The notes under the pieces: generated by a model | Databases searched by the model: none | Told to the model about the DNA's origin: nothing | The model's input: the letters and a program-made list of their open reading frames with translations, nothing else | Source of the DNA: Azolla caroliniana | Taxonomy: Eukaryota > Plantae > Polypodiophyta | Direction of reading: 5' to 3' | Assembly: GCA_043228905.1 (NCBI GenBank) | Contig: JBHGNT010000002.1 | Coordinates: 3,782,001-3,846,000 of the forward strand | DNA length: 64,000 bases | Shown: piece after piece, positions 14,346 to 26,818 of the stretch | Position numbering within the stretch: position 1 is the first letter of the stretch | Layout: each line of letters begins with the position of its first letter | Made by a program: the position numbers and the translations under genes

Positions 14346-14530
14346 CTTGGAAAGTCGTCAGTGATTGGGGTGCGCTCCAGAGAGAGAAGAAATCAGGAAT
14401 CCTGTGTGACGCAGAAGGAGAAGAAGGAAGGAGAAAGCAGAAGAAGGAAGAAGGAAGAAGGAAGAAGAAAGCAGGTATTTCCCTTTCATACCCCTGATGA
14501 GTTTTCACTATTTTCGTCCACATACCCTCG
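14346..14530 (-). promoter_or_regulatory. Probable non-coding first exon and core promoter of NC2beta
   Basis: (CTT)-rich leader on the minus strand ending in a CAAG|GTATG donor at 14346/14345, followed by a pyrimidine-rich intron start. Confidence 0.6.
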
Positions 14531-14548
14531 GCCCCCCTAAAGCATTAG

Positions 14549-14700
14549 ACTAATACTAATACTAATACTAATACTAATACCAATACGGTATACCAATACC
14601 AATACCAACATGAATAAGAATACGAATATGAATACGAATACCAACATGAATAAGAATACCAATACCGACATGAATATGAATAAGAATACAAATGCGAATG
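14549..14700. repeat. Degenerate hexamer minisatellite (ACTAAT/ACCAAT/ACGAAT/ATGAAT)
   Basis: About 25 units with 6-bp period, directly visible. Confidence 0.9.
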
Positions 14701-17700
14701 CATCATTTTCTCCTATGGACAACGACAACTCGGGAGATATTTGTCCGATGTGTGTATGTTGTTAGGGCCATGCCGTGAGCATTTTCTTTATGAGGGGGTG
14801 GGAAGGAATAATAAAAACTCGTAGTTATTCTAGCCACGCGTATTGTTTGTTAGGGTGTCTTACCGTGGGGTTAATGAAAATTATGTCCCACCTTGTTGTG
14901 AATTCGTGGTCCGGTAGAGCCAGGGTATACTTTGCTAGTTGGAAAGCATATATGTATCGTATGCTTTGTGTGTGTTTGTATGTGAACAATGCAGTCATCT
15001 ATATTTTTTTAGAAGTCGCAACAACTCTGCCCATGAGTGTTATTGTCGAAATCAGAGAATGGTCGTCAACAATCGTCTCAAGCATGAAATCGTTGATAAC
15101 ACATCCTTGTCACAACCCGTCATGAGTACGATCAACAACATTAGAGTTCTTGGCATTCCAAATTGCCCTTCGGATTGCAACTATAGATATGGATATTAAG
15201 TTTGACCATCTTCGTGTTGCCTAAATCAATGCAATGTCCTCTACTAAATGGAGTTGAATCTTTGGAAGATTCAAACAAGGCTTATGTGTTGTTTTAGGGC
15301 ATAGAATGATTTGTTACCTACAAAATGAGTAATTGATGGAAAATTGGTGGAAAATCTTGAAATTCAAGCACTAAATATATGGCTTGTATTAGAGGAGGTG
15401 GATGACATCTATACTTTACATGTTTTTGCCATCAATCTTAACAATGCTTTTGGTGATTATATTGATGAAGTCTTGAGCAATGACATCAATGTCACATTTC
15501 GTGTAAGAACTTTTCATAATTTTAGTTTTAGTTTTCTCCTAAAGTTTTGGTATTGCAAAGTTTCCATACCACGTGGAGTGAAAATGACAATCCCATTATT
15601 AACACGCTAAGAAATAATATGAAGGGCATGAAGAGGAACAATAGCATGGGGAACATAATTGCATAAACAACGTTGCACAATGTCAAAGGTGCACATGAAG
15701 AATATTTTGAGAATAAAGTTTGTAAAAGCAATTCTATGTGCAATTTTGTTATGAATCATGATGAATATTGTGAGCTTCCTAATTCTAAGTGAGAGTCCAA
15801 TAATGAGGTTGTTGCTTTTATTTCATTTGGGCATCCATACGGGACTCAAATTTGTTTTGTGTCGATGGAGAGGATATTTTATTATTACCATCTCAGGTTA
15901 AATATGACACATATGACTGAAATGAAATATTTTCATGCAATGTATGGAGTTGAAAGCAGCTCGTGACATTCAAAAAATTGTGAGAGTAACATATTGTCAC
16001 AAAGTCACAGACGAGTCTTGTGACTTATTATTAGAGAAATATGCATAGGAATAGGTTACACAATGTGGGAGAAAAAAACACTCAAACAAGAAAGGTGGGA
16101 TAATGCAATTCTTTATAACTTATAATAATCAAACTCAAGGCATTGGCCCCAGGCAAAACATGCATAGTCGAAGTCCCATCTCTCATCAAAGAGGATGCAT
16201 GACTAGAAGTGATTTTGCAAATTTGAACAACAGGATGCTCCATAACATGTATCAATTAGTGTGATTCGTCCATTCCAAGAAAATTATTGGTTTATGGGTT
16301 GGTGCAACACATGTAACATATAGATGTCACAAAAAAAACTCAATCATAAAGGATTCTATAAAAAAAAGAACCCTTTTTCTTCTTCGTCTTTTTGAAGGAA
16401 TATAAGTCTTAATGTGACTATGAATCCTCCTTTTGCTGCTTCTTCTACTTTGATTTGTTGCAAACTGAAGTGCAAACTATCTTCACAACCCAAGTCGGAT
16501 AAAAACATTTCAATAATTTTACTAGTGAGCTTCTCAATTGAATGTATACATGTAGGAATTATTCTCTATATTGAACATGTTCTAAGCACTCACAAAAAAA
16601 TGTACAATACTTGATAAACACACAATATACATATCGTACATGTATGATATGCTATTTATGTTACAACCATGACACAATCACAATAGAAAGTAATCTAGCC
16701 TCAAGTATGACATGTTTGCCCACATTTTCAAACTCTATGCTAATGAACTTCAAGATGTTACTACCCCGAAAACATCATAATTCTTGAGAATCTGACATTA
16801 GATTTAACCTTCATTGCAATTATTCTCAAAATCAAAGTACACATTTTCTTGCTTCCAAATCGGGAGTTACAAATTCATACCATCAAATTATTAGACAATC
16901 TTGAGGCCAAGACGATGATTGAACCCTTAACCAATTTGCTAACATATTTTCCATGATGTTAGGGACAAATTTGTTTACCAAGCATAAAAAACAATATTTT
17001 CTAAGTCTATTGTACCAAATGAGTGCATTTACATCAATTTTATCTTGTCCATCTAAATGTATATTTGATCTTTATTCGTGAATGCTTATATACACTCACA
17101 CAATCTGGAAAAGAGAATGTATTCTACTAGCATATCCAATTGAATTGCCTATGTCAAGATCAATCAATCCCTCATTGAGAAAGAAATAACAAATACTCTC
17201 AAACACACTCCTACAGCATACATAAGATTACATGCCTTGAGTTTGAACATTTTGTAAGCATATATTACATGTTACTTGATTTGGCTTCAACATCTGCCAT
17301 CTCTACCGGAGCATTCATGTGTTGAATCCATAACACTAGGAGCTCACGAATATCATTCACTATTTTGTCTTCATAGCAGTCCGCAATTCGTTAGTGAATT
17401 TCTTGTAGAATTTCTGATTGAGCAGCAAAACACGGCCCTTCAACCTTCATTTGGAGAACCCCATGCGTTAATTAATCAAGCATCCCTTCATACACTGAAG
17501 ACATTTAAGGTGGAAAGAAACATTCATTCACAGTGATCACTCAATTCTTCATTTTCGGAATCCATTACAATCAAAAAAAGCAAAAATTGCAATGACTTTT
17601 TTGTATGCCAATAAAGATATGAGCTAACCTCTTTTTGCTGAAGATAAGTTTTTACATAAAGAATATTTCAGCGAATCAAACCATCCCATGGCTGCCCACA

Positions 17701-17734
17701 CAATGTTTTTTACAACCTTCGATATACCAAAAAA

Positions 17735-20700
17735 TCATTGTTTTGGTTCGAGTCTCTTACAAAACAACTCTTTCAGATTCTGCTCAATAGAATTAAATAG
17801 GGTACAAAATCTTCCTGGAAATCCAAAATGCAATGTCATAAAACTCCCACAAACACAGAAATTAGCGGAAAAATGTTGATGCATAATTATGTATAAACAT
17901 TATACAGTTCAGGCATGCTTCATACATATCAATGTTTGGGATAGATAAAAAATGATGCTTTAAATAGTTACCTGAAAATTTGATGTGTTCTTTTCGTAGA
18001 ATGCCTTTAATTAAGAGTGTTCCAGGCGCTTGTTCAAATATCTGTAAAATACCAAGGTTTAGAACATACATGTTTCACACTCATTTTTAAATCAAATCTC
18101 AAAAGACAATGGGTTTCTCATCCTCATTTCTTACAGATAAGATGAAATGCGGACCATTTGCATTATCCAAATGCTTCTTAATTTCTGTCTGATCTTGAAA
18201 AAGGCCCTAGTTAAAAGAATCAAGTTGAAACACAATCATCACAGTCTCATTGTTAAGAAAATATAATCTAATACATGGATAGAAAAATAAGGGTCAAATG
18301 CATATAATCTTCGTAACTGAGATTTTTCATATTGATTGACTCCCCCTAGACTCCCTTGAGTATACTATTTATAAAGATTCAAAAAATGTGTTTATATTAA
18401 AGTATGTACATTGATGATAAACATATTTTTTTACCTTGAGAGAAAATTGTGCTGAATCAACATCGCAAGTGACTTGGAATGCACTCATGCTATTGATCAT
18501 CTCTTCTAACACAGTATGTGCTCTACAATGCCGAGGAATTCCCTGATCTCTCAATGTATATCACAAATTCAGTACCTTAAACCTCAAAATGGTTCCACAT
18601 CTAACAAGAAAGAGCACAATAAAATCTTTTCCATTTTACATAATTAATATTGAGACATCTATATACCTATTTATTATGTGACTCTAGACGACAACAACAA
18701 ACCATCACCAAAAAGAAGTACTACATTTCAAAAAACTTCATTAAATGTGTCAATCCCTCCTGATCGCTTACTGTATATCTCAAATTCAGTACCTTCAAGG
18801 TACTGAAGAGAACAACAAAATCTTTTCAACTTTATTACATAATTAATATTGAGACATCGATTTACATATTTATAATGTGACTTTAGACAGAAACAACAAC
18901 AAACCATCATCAAAGGGAAGTACTTCATTTCAAAAAACTTCACAAATGTGTCAATTCCCCTCAGCATTTCATCTACATGTGGGATACTTACCTCTAACAT
19001 GAAAAAGTAGTTACTTTTATCTGCGATAACTGCTCGTTCAGAAAGCAAATTTCCTTCTAGCATGTTGAAGGTCCAAGCAAGACCCCATCGAGACGTTCGA
19101 CCTTGAACAAATTCTGTTGTACGGAGCATCTTAACTCCTTTCTTCCGAAGTTCTGAACTCAATATCTTGATATTTACTTTTCTTCCTACCATGGTGGTAA
19201 ACCAGCTGCAAATACATTGGAAGCAATCAAAGTCATAGAAGTGACTAGATGGAAAACACTTCATTTATTTTTTCCTTTCAAAAAGCAAGCCCAAATACCC
19301 CAAGTTTTCATGAAATTCCCAAAATACCCCTCATTTACCACAACAGGGCTGTATAGTATCTGTATAAAAATCCTTCAGCATTCCTATGTTCGCAAAACAT
19401 TGCTCACTATACCACAGACAGGTACCATTTAAAATAGACCCCCCTGAGGGCGTATATCACCAAGTAATAAGAGAAGCTTCATTTTTTTTACTTACTGTAT
19501 TTGGTTTTTTAGCATTGTGCTATCTTGTATTATCTTCGTAATGAATGCCAGTTCTCCTCCAGGATACACCATCTCTGCTGCAGTTCCTCCACATGACGTC
19601 CGAGGATTTGCTCCTGCCTCTTCCATACTCTCAAAAAATGGAGGATTGCACATACAAAAATCAAACCTCTCTTTCTCCTCCACAACTCCTACAAGCACAG
19701 GGAGATCCGCATATCGAAATTCTTCCAAGTTTCCAGCCAAATTCTCCACCTTAGAATCTTCAATTATCATTAGCTTGTCCTTTGATTTGGAATCAATATT
19801 AACAAACCCCTCATCATGTTCTTCTAAATCTTCACTGACAACCAGTGATACTTTGGACCCGAGAGGTTCACTTATCTGGGAATTAATATCATTCTTCTCC
19901 TCACCATGTTTATCTGCCTCTTTACTACAACCATTCATATTGGGTGACAATTTGGCCTCAACAAATACAGTACTTAGTACTCCATTTCCAAATGCATCAA
20001 CAGAAAGAGGCATTGGACCACCTTGTATGGCTTCATCCAACTTTATATCAGGCTTATATTTTACTTCTTTAACATCTCTAATCGAAATCAAATTAGCCAA
20101 ATGTGGGTTTTGCTGTACATTCCATTGTGCCCATCCAAGTGCAGTGCTTGTCATATCTGTCTCAAAGACAAAACACACAAGTTATGGAAGTTAGAACTCA
20201 CAATTCAAAAAATCGGACAAATTTCACATATTGAGATAAAAAATTTGAATTGCTCAACAGTTTCAAATACCTAAAAATTGGTATACTTCCAATCCCATAT
20301 TGGCATTGTGTGAGAAATGGAACATATGCTACCAATGTAAACTAATGTCAATTTAAGAGCATGCATTAAGAAGATGAGAGGCTAGACCAATGATACTTGA
20401 ATGTGTTACAAAAGCTATACTATATAATGTTGAAATATGTAGCATGTATTTCAATTAGCTACAACATACTATTTTATGTAGTAACAGTCTTGGAGGTTTT
20501 GGTATCTTTAAATTCTGTAAAGGATGTAACTTGGATATTTCTGATATTAAATTTAATATTTTCTTGTATGGCGTGTCATATCTACCATATTCCCCTCAGT
20601 TTAGGTTATTATAATTCCAGATACGGTATTTTGCGGGAGGTGATCCAACTACATTTCTATTTTGGCTTTGATGCAGAAGCAAGGCTCCAAATGCAGATCA

Positions 20701-23700
20701 AATCTGCCTAAATGAAAGATGGCAGCCAGTGATGTGCATATTTTCAGTTGCTTGTCATTAGCCAGTCTGCTTTTGCCTTGAGCTTATTGATAAATGTTTT
20801 TCCCTCGCATGCATTTAGATTGCACTAAGACTGGTTCAGCTACATATTATGGACGCAGTGCTTCTTGTAGCAGATAAAGTCTTTTTATTTGCTGGGCTCT
20901 AGTGCTTAGTCAATTGATAGGATCAAGATAGAAATATAAAAGAGAATAAAGCCGCATTATTTAATGGCAGCCTTAGTCAATTGATCAAGTTCACGATACA
21001 GATATAAACACTTCAAAAAAATCTCTTCTTAGAATATTACTGAGATTCTGGAAAAACAGATAGAGATAATGAAACTATCACAGTAGAGACTTACGAATAA
21101 GCTTTTTATTTGAACAGATGCCATTGCTTCTCAAAAAGTCTCCTAGACTAAAAGCCACAATCTTGCATCACTTGGCTTGGCAAGTTTTTTCATACTTTGG
21201 AGGTAAGATCATTTTGGTGAATTTTCTTCATTTGGTGTGGAACTGAGCTAAAATTGGAAGAAACATTACCATTCAAATGACATTATTATTATTATTATTT
21301 ATTTCGAGTGCAGGGAGACCACAGAAGTGAGTGCAGTCGGAAACATGACATGAAGGGCAGCACCAGAGGAAAACACATGGGATAGCTCAGAAGTGCTCTT
21401 TAACAAAAGAGACTGAGAAAGAAACTGATTGGCAAAGGAAAGTCATTGTCGAGACCAAAGTTTGTATTCCTGTTGGAAATGATAAGGAAAGTCATTGTCG
21501 AGACTATTTCAAGTGTTGGAAATGATAAGGTAAAAAACTAAGTATGGCCATGGTCTCTGCATCCTTATTTTATTGCGTCCCACCCTTGTAGTGCTTATGA
21601 GAACCCATACCAAAAACGCCTTGAACTCTTCCTCCAGTCACCAGGATACAGAGTTACAGGTCCTCATGATAGCATGCAAAGATGCTATAACCTAGACAAA
21701 GGCTAGACACGCACTAATACTAGCATTTGAGCCTTCCAATTACAGTTTCAATAGTGTTACTCCAAATCTGGGGGGGGGGGGGGGGTTATAAGCCAACCTC
21801 AAAGAGTGATACACCACAAAAATTTGCATATCATATCACTTGCCGCCGAGATTGACATGCAAATATTATAAACAGATCCAGATCATCATCACTTGCTTCC
21901 AAGGTTTGCCATCAAGTATCCCTTAAGATCAAAGTCAACAGACTATAGAGACAATTGAGACATTTTAAGATTGATGTCCACAGAACTAGTTTGATGTAAA
22001 TGATGATCTAGATGACCAATCCGCTACGATAGTAGATTATAACTTAAATTTTATATCACGCATCCTATGGTAGCCTTCTTCAGAACCAAGGAAGTTTTTC
22101 ATGCTTACTTTGTAGGTTCCATTTCACTCATCAGGACATAAATGAGATAATGATGGTAATCTTAATGGCTCTCATGAGAACAATTTGGCCTCTTTGCAGA
22201 TGCTAATATAATCTATTTATATCTCTACCTTCTGAATCTCACTGTATTTCTGGTGTAAAACCATTTACAGACCCCATATGCCACAAAATGTGCTTAGCTC
22301 TATGTCAAGTACAAAAGTATATGATGGCTTTGAATAGGATGGTGATTCCTCAGTAATTATTGACCCATTGAGGTTGAAAGGCAGCCTCCTTCAAAACATA
22401 CAAACACAATATCAGATACATAAAGATTAATGAGATTCTCAATTACAGATTATAATTTTCCCCAAAGGCGAGGATCCAAAAAACCCAAGACCTTAGAGTG
22501 ATTTCTGCACATAGAACAAGATATTTACTACTTTTAGAGTGCCTATCCCAAACCAATGAATTGGTTATCATTTGACTGAAATTTTCAGCAAGCATTTGCA
22601 CCAAAACAGATCAAACAAAATATTTTTGTAATTGTAGAATAAAAAACGCCATGACTTGCAAATTGTGCCTTTTATTGCACATCTTGGACAGTTTCATGCA
22701 GCCATATATCACATGAAGTCAAATGATGACATCCTACAACCATGAGCCTTTGAAATGATCCTTGAAATACAAGTAGACTCATGTCAATGACGCTTTACCA
22801 TTGACTCATTACCTGTGCCTACAAAATGCCAGCCATGTATGGCAGCACCAAGAAGTGGGTAAACACAATTTGCTCCAGTTCCAATGTCCATTCCCCATGT
22901 TTCATCTGTGGTGGTTTGCCAGGGTGATGGATGGAATGTCAATAAATCATTTAACCAATGAATATAGTTTGCTCGATTGGGAATAGTTGGGCATAATTGA
23001 CCATCCGGTATCCACCTGCAATCAATGACATAAATAACTCTAGAGAGAAAGAATAGCAGAAGGATACATAGTAAGATCTTTTAAGAGACCATTGGGCCAT
23101 CAGATCAAACACGAGATTATATCTTAAAATGTTTTCTTGAATTGGCGAACAAACCAGAAAAACTATAACTAGATTAGTAAAAACTCCAAAGGTATTGCAT
23201 ATTCCCATTACCAAGCACTTGACACTATAAGCTTAGATGGACTAAAATTTGGCTTTAAAAGATCTTCAACATGGGCCAATATTAAGCTGGAGCGGTCTGT
23301 GAAGTGAGGAATGTATCTTCATTATCCAGTGGTGAGGCATTGATTTGTTGATAACAAGGGAGACGGAACCACAGTGAGTATGGATGTGGCCTACACAAAC
23401 GGAAAACTGCTATTACCTGATCTACTATAACCCTCTTTAAAATGTTGTGGACAAGACCCTACTTGTGTAGCCCTTAATTGGCTTGTGGCATGGGAAAGAG
23501 GGGTGACGGCATTAAAGAAGGTTTTGAAGGTTCTTTGCTAAGGAAACTTTATGGATGCCAACAACTTGTCTCTACATCTCTTGATTTCTATCAACAGTGA
23601 CAGACAAGCATCATTGGTCTTCATATTCCATTACTTTTCAGACCGAACCAAAGTCTTGTTGGAAGAGATATCCAACATAATTTTCTCTTCATATGGATAA

Positions 23701-24648
23701 GAAAAGTTCCAAACATAAGCATTACTCAGCTTTAATTCTTACCAGAGGTGCACCATGAATGAATAGTGAATTGGAGAATAATTGAATCATCCAAAGATAA
23801 GAATGTCGACCAAATTATAAATAGCAATGATTCCTTGGAAACATGATTTAGTATACACACTTAAAGCTTTTCAAAGAAACATCTTTCTAGTAATCTCCCT
23901 ATGCTTGGAGAATTTAATGTGGTTCATATCTCTCCGCATTCATCAAGATGTTTTTGAACTAGCGACCACCTTCAGAAATAATACACAGAACGTACATGGA
24001 CACTGGATACATATATAGTAATAATGTGTGTATACGCAGGTCCCTAAATATACACTTGTTTACAGTTCGTATCTGTGTGCATATCGAGAAATGATGTACA
24101 CTATGTGTAAAATATTTCATACTGGCTATAATGCCTAAGACCAAAAGCACCTGAATTTCAATGAGGTATAGAATTGAAAATTGCTCATAGGTCATGATGA
24201 TTGATCATACTTGGACATCAAAACCTCGGTTCTTTGATTAGCACACATTTGTAATGTGCTCGAATGCAGTAAATCTCTCTATCTCTATATCTCTCTGATC
24301 ATAAGAAATTCTTAAGAAAAACTTATGATTAAACACAGTTTATCAATTGAAAAACAATTTGAAAAAATTTAAGTTATTTACCTACCATTGGATGCCATAG
24401 TCATGAAAGAGGAGGGTCCGTGTGAGCTCTCTGGTAGCATTGAAATCGGTCCAATCGATCTTGGCAAGAGAAGATTTCTCTGTGAAGGAGACAAAGGGTG
24501 TAAAGGATGGGTAGAGAGAAGCAAGATACGAGAAATCAGGAGGCTTCTCTGCATACTTGTTCTCGGGGTGAATTCCACTCTCTCTCTTCCTCTTCTTCTT
24601 CTTCTTATTCGACTTTGATGTCTTCTGCCAAGAGTCCATCATCATCAT
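17735..24648 (-). CDS. FIO1: METTL16/FIONA1 m6A methyltransferase, ~556 aa; exons 24648-24386, 23015-22813, 20156-19496, 19205-18992, 18542-18435, 18206-18135, 18041-17972, 17814-17735
   Basis: Motifs IHPENKY..PPDF..LA, WWIPDGQLCPTIPNRANYIHW, SAM-binding MDIGTGANCVYPLLG, catalytic FDFCMCNPPFF, WFTTMVGRK, TTEFVQGRTSRWGLAWTF and C-terminal IFEQAPGTLLIKG. GT-AG introns; 1671 nt, in frame. Confidence 0.95.
18540..18960. repeat. Tandem ~218-bp duplication in FIO1 intron 4
   Basis: CAAATTCAGTACCTT, TACATAATTAATATTGAGACATC and AACAACAACAAACCATCA each occur twice about 220 bp apart. Confidence 0.9.
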
Positions 24649-24811
24649 CACTCTATTTTTACCAGCACAGATATCCGTCTACCTCAGTGTTTTTTGTGGG
24701 AAACAAAGAGTACAAATCGCCCACAAATCTGTCTCCTCTCAGAGTTCTTCTTTCTGTCTCCGGCCTCTCTGTTTTTAGTGGGGGTTTTGTGGGAAGGACA
24801 AAGTGCGGCTA

Positions 24812-25189
24812 ACAATTGGCAACGGTTCAGTTTGAACCGAAACTCGAAACCGCGGCTTACCGGTAAAAACTGTTAGGTTCAGGTTCGGGTTTTTTTTAAC
24901 GGTTCGGTTCGGTTTTAACAGTCAAACCCCACGGTTTAAACGGTTTAAACGGTTTCTTCTTCTTTTTTAATTTTTTTTTTTTTAAAAATTGTAAACCATC
25001 TTTTCATATTCATGCCTTATTCTCACATTTTGGAATTTTTTTTAAACCGAACCACGAAACCTCAATTTTACTGGTTTAATGGCTTAACGGTTTGGGAAAA
25101 AAATTTGCATGGTTCGGTTCAGGTTTCAAAATTTTTAAACGGTTCGGTTTTGAGTCTTGACCCTCTTGAACCGAACCGTTGCTGATTGT
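24812..25189. mobile_element. AACCG-rich MITE, copy 1 (TA TSD), in the FIO1 promoter
   Basis: TIRs ACAATTGGCAACGGTTC / GAACCGTTGCTGATTGT flanked by TA; internal GGTTCGGTT/AACCG repeats; homologous to 62344-62750. Confidence 0.88.
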
Positions 25190-25233
25190 TAAAAGTGCCC
25201 ACAAATCTGACATCTCCTTTTATATCTAGCCTC

Positions 25234-25404
25234 TAGGAGTTGGAACTTGGCAATAAGCTATTCTTAAACGGTTCGATTCAAGCTTCAGCTTCCTTAACCG
25301 GTTTGGTTCAAGTTTGAAAACTACTAGACCGGTTAAGGCTTAACCGGTTTGGTTTGGACAGTGCCAAACCAGTTAAGCCATAGCCGAACCGTCGCCAATT
25401 CCTA
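25234..25404. mobile_element. Short AACCG-rich MITE
   Basis: TIRs TAGGAGTTGG / CCAATTCCTA; direct repeat CTAGCCTCT overlaps both ends, so the TSD length is ambiguous. Confidence 0.7.
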
Positions 25405-25685
25405 GCCTCTCTCTGATTTTTGTGGGTTTTTGTTGGACGAAAGTAAGAGTACAAAGTGCCCAATAAGGGCACTCTCACTTCTCCTTTATCTCTAACTAGA
25501 GCTAAAGTATATGTCCAGCTTAGTGTTGAAGAGGACAAGTGTAGTTTCTCTCTATTCCTTCGAAATGGCCCCATGAACAAGCTTTGATCGTGGTAGGCTC
25601 AGATCCTAACCATTCTCACTAGCCACGGAACCATAGAAGGAACAGAGCTAAGACTCTCGTGACTTAAATACAATGTTTTTGTTTA

Positions 25686-25918
25686 GACTCTCTTACTATG
25701 CAATAGATCAAATAAAAGTAAAAGACAAGTGAATAGATTGGACAGAAGAACTTGATCGGAAGGCGGAAGTCTCGAGACACTAGTGGTGTGGGTCACCTTA
25801 GTATCTGACAATATGTCTCGACCATAGTCAAGGTTGGTCGAGAGGATCTCAAGTTCTCCTATCCAATCTATTCACATTTCTCTTTCTTTAATTTGGTTTG
25901 TCAATTAGTAGGAGATTC
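25686..25918. mobile_element. Foldback / Tourist-like MITE with ~70-bp inverted arms
   Basis: Arm 25686-25756 is the reverse complement of 25849-25918 (inner GTGAATAGATTGGA..GAACTTGA nearly perfect). TTA flanks both sides. Confidence 0.75.
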
Positions 25919-26516
25919 TTAAAAGTTCCCTGTGGAGCGTGCATGTCATTTCAAATCTTAACCATCCTTTATGTATATAAGGTAATATGATTGGGCGTAC
26001 TTATTCTAGACCTACGAGTGGCATGGAATGAATTGGCATTGTGGTTTCTGATAATTACCCAAATAAAATGTAAAAGAGATTAAGGTCATTCATAGGTGTG
26101 TGATTCACATTGTATGGATGTTTGATTGGTTGGTTAAAACCCCTTAGATTTGTTGACCCTACTCTTTGCCCCATTTTGGCTTGTCTACACAAATGTTTTT
26201 CATCGAGGTAAACATGTTAGGCGAGAGGTTTCCCACATTGCTTTTATTATGCACAACTAAAGCTCGTTGTGTCATCATACATTTCCATTCTTGTACTACG
26301 AAATGTTGGAATGCTCCATCAAAATGATGATTTTGATCTCGTGGCATGAGTGTAAATGCTCGACATCGTCTAATGCAACTTAGAATGCTGCAACATAGAC
26401 ATTACACATCAAAGTAGAGAAGAACAAAGTGAGCAAAAATCATCTTAGCAAAGAAAAGTTTAATCTAAAAACTAGCTTAATGTCATCCCAATATGTGCTT
26501 ATTATCCAACTATGTT

Positions 26517-26755
26517 TGTTGAGAATCAAACTCAAGTTCCCTAGTGTGAGAACACACCTTATAACTAATGTGTCATAGAAGTTAGTCCTATGACACATAG
26601 TTAGTAGGTAGTTTAGTCTCCACCTCTTTCCCAAGAGGTGGCTATAGTGAGAGAATATAGAAAGAAGGTGACTACATAAGCACCTTATCCTCTTCTTTGT
26701 AATTGTTGGTTGTTCATTCTTGTTAATACAGTTTTTCTAGTTTTCTGCATACCTT

Positions 26756-26818
<63 letters not shown>

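Noticed and set aside
14537-14728. Hydrophobic 63-aa membrane-peptide-like ORF
   Set aside because: It is an artefact of the hexamer minisatellite.
19517-20194. 225-aa ORF on the plus strand
   Set aside because: It is the antisense shadow of FIO1 exon 3, with coincident limits and no independent motifs.
21647-21655. METTL16 target-like TACAGAG in a FIO1 intron
   Set aside because: It is on the non-transcribed strand and does not complete TACAGAGAA.
23230-23391. Exon-like segment with a good acceptor in FIO1 intron 1
   Set aside because: Exons 1 and 2 already join in frame to give the conserved WWIPDG, and no clear donor was found.
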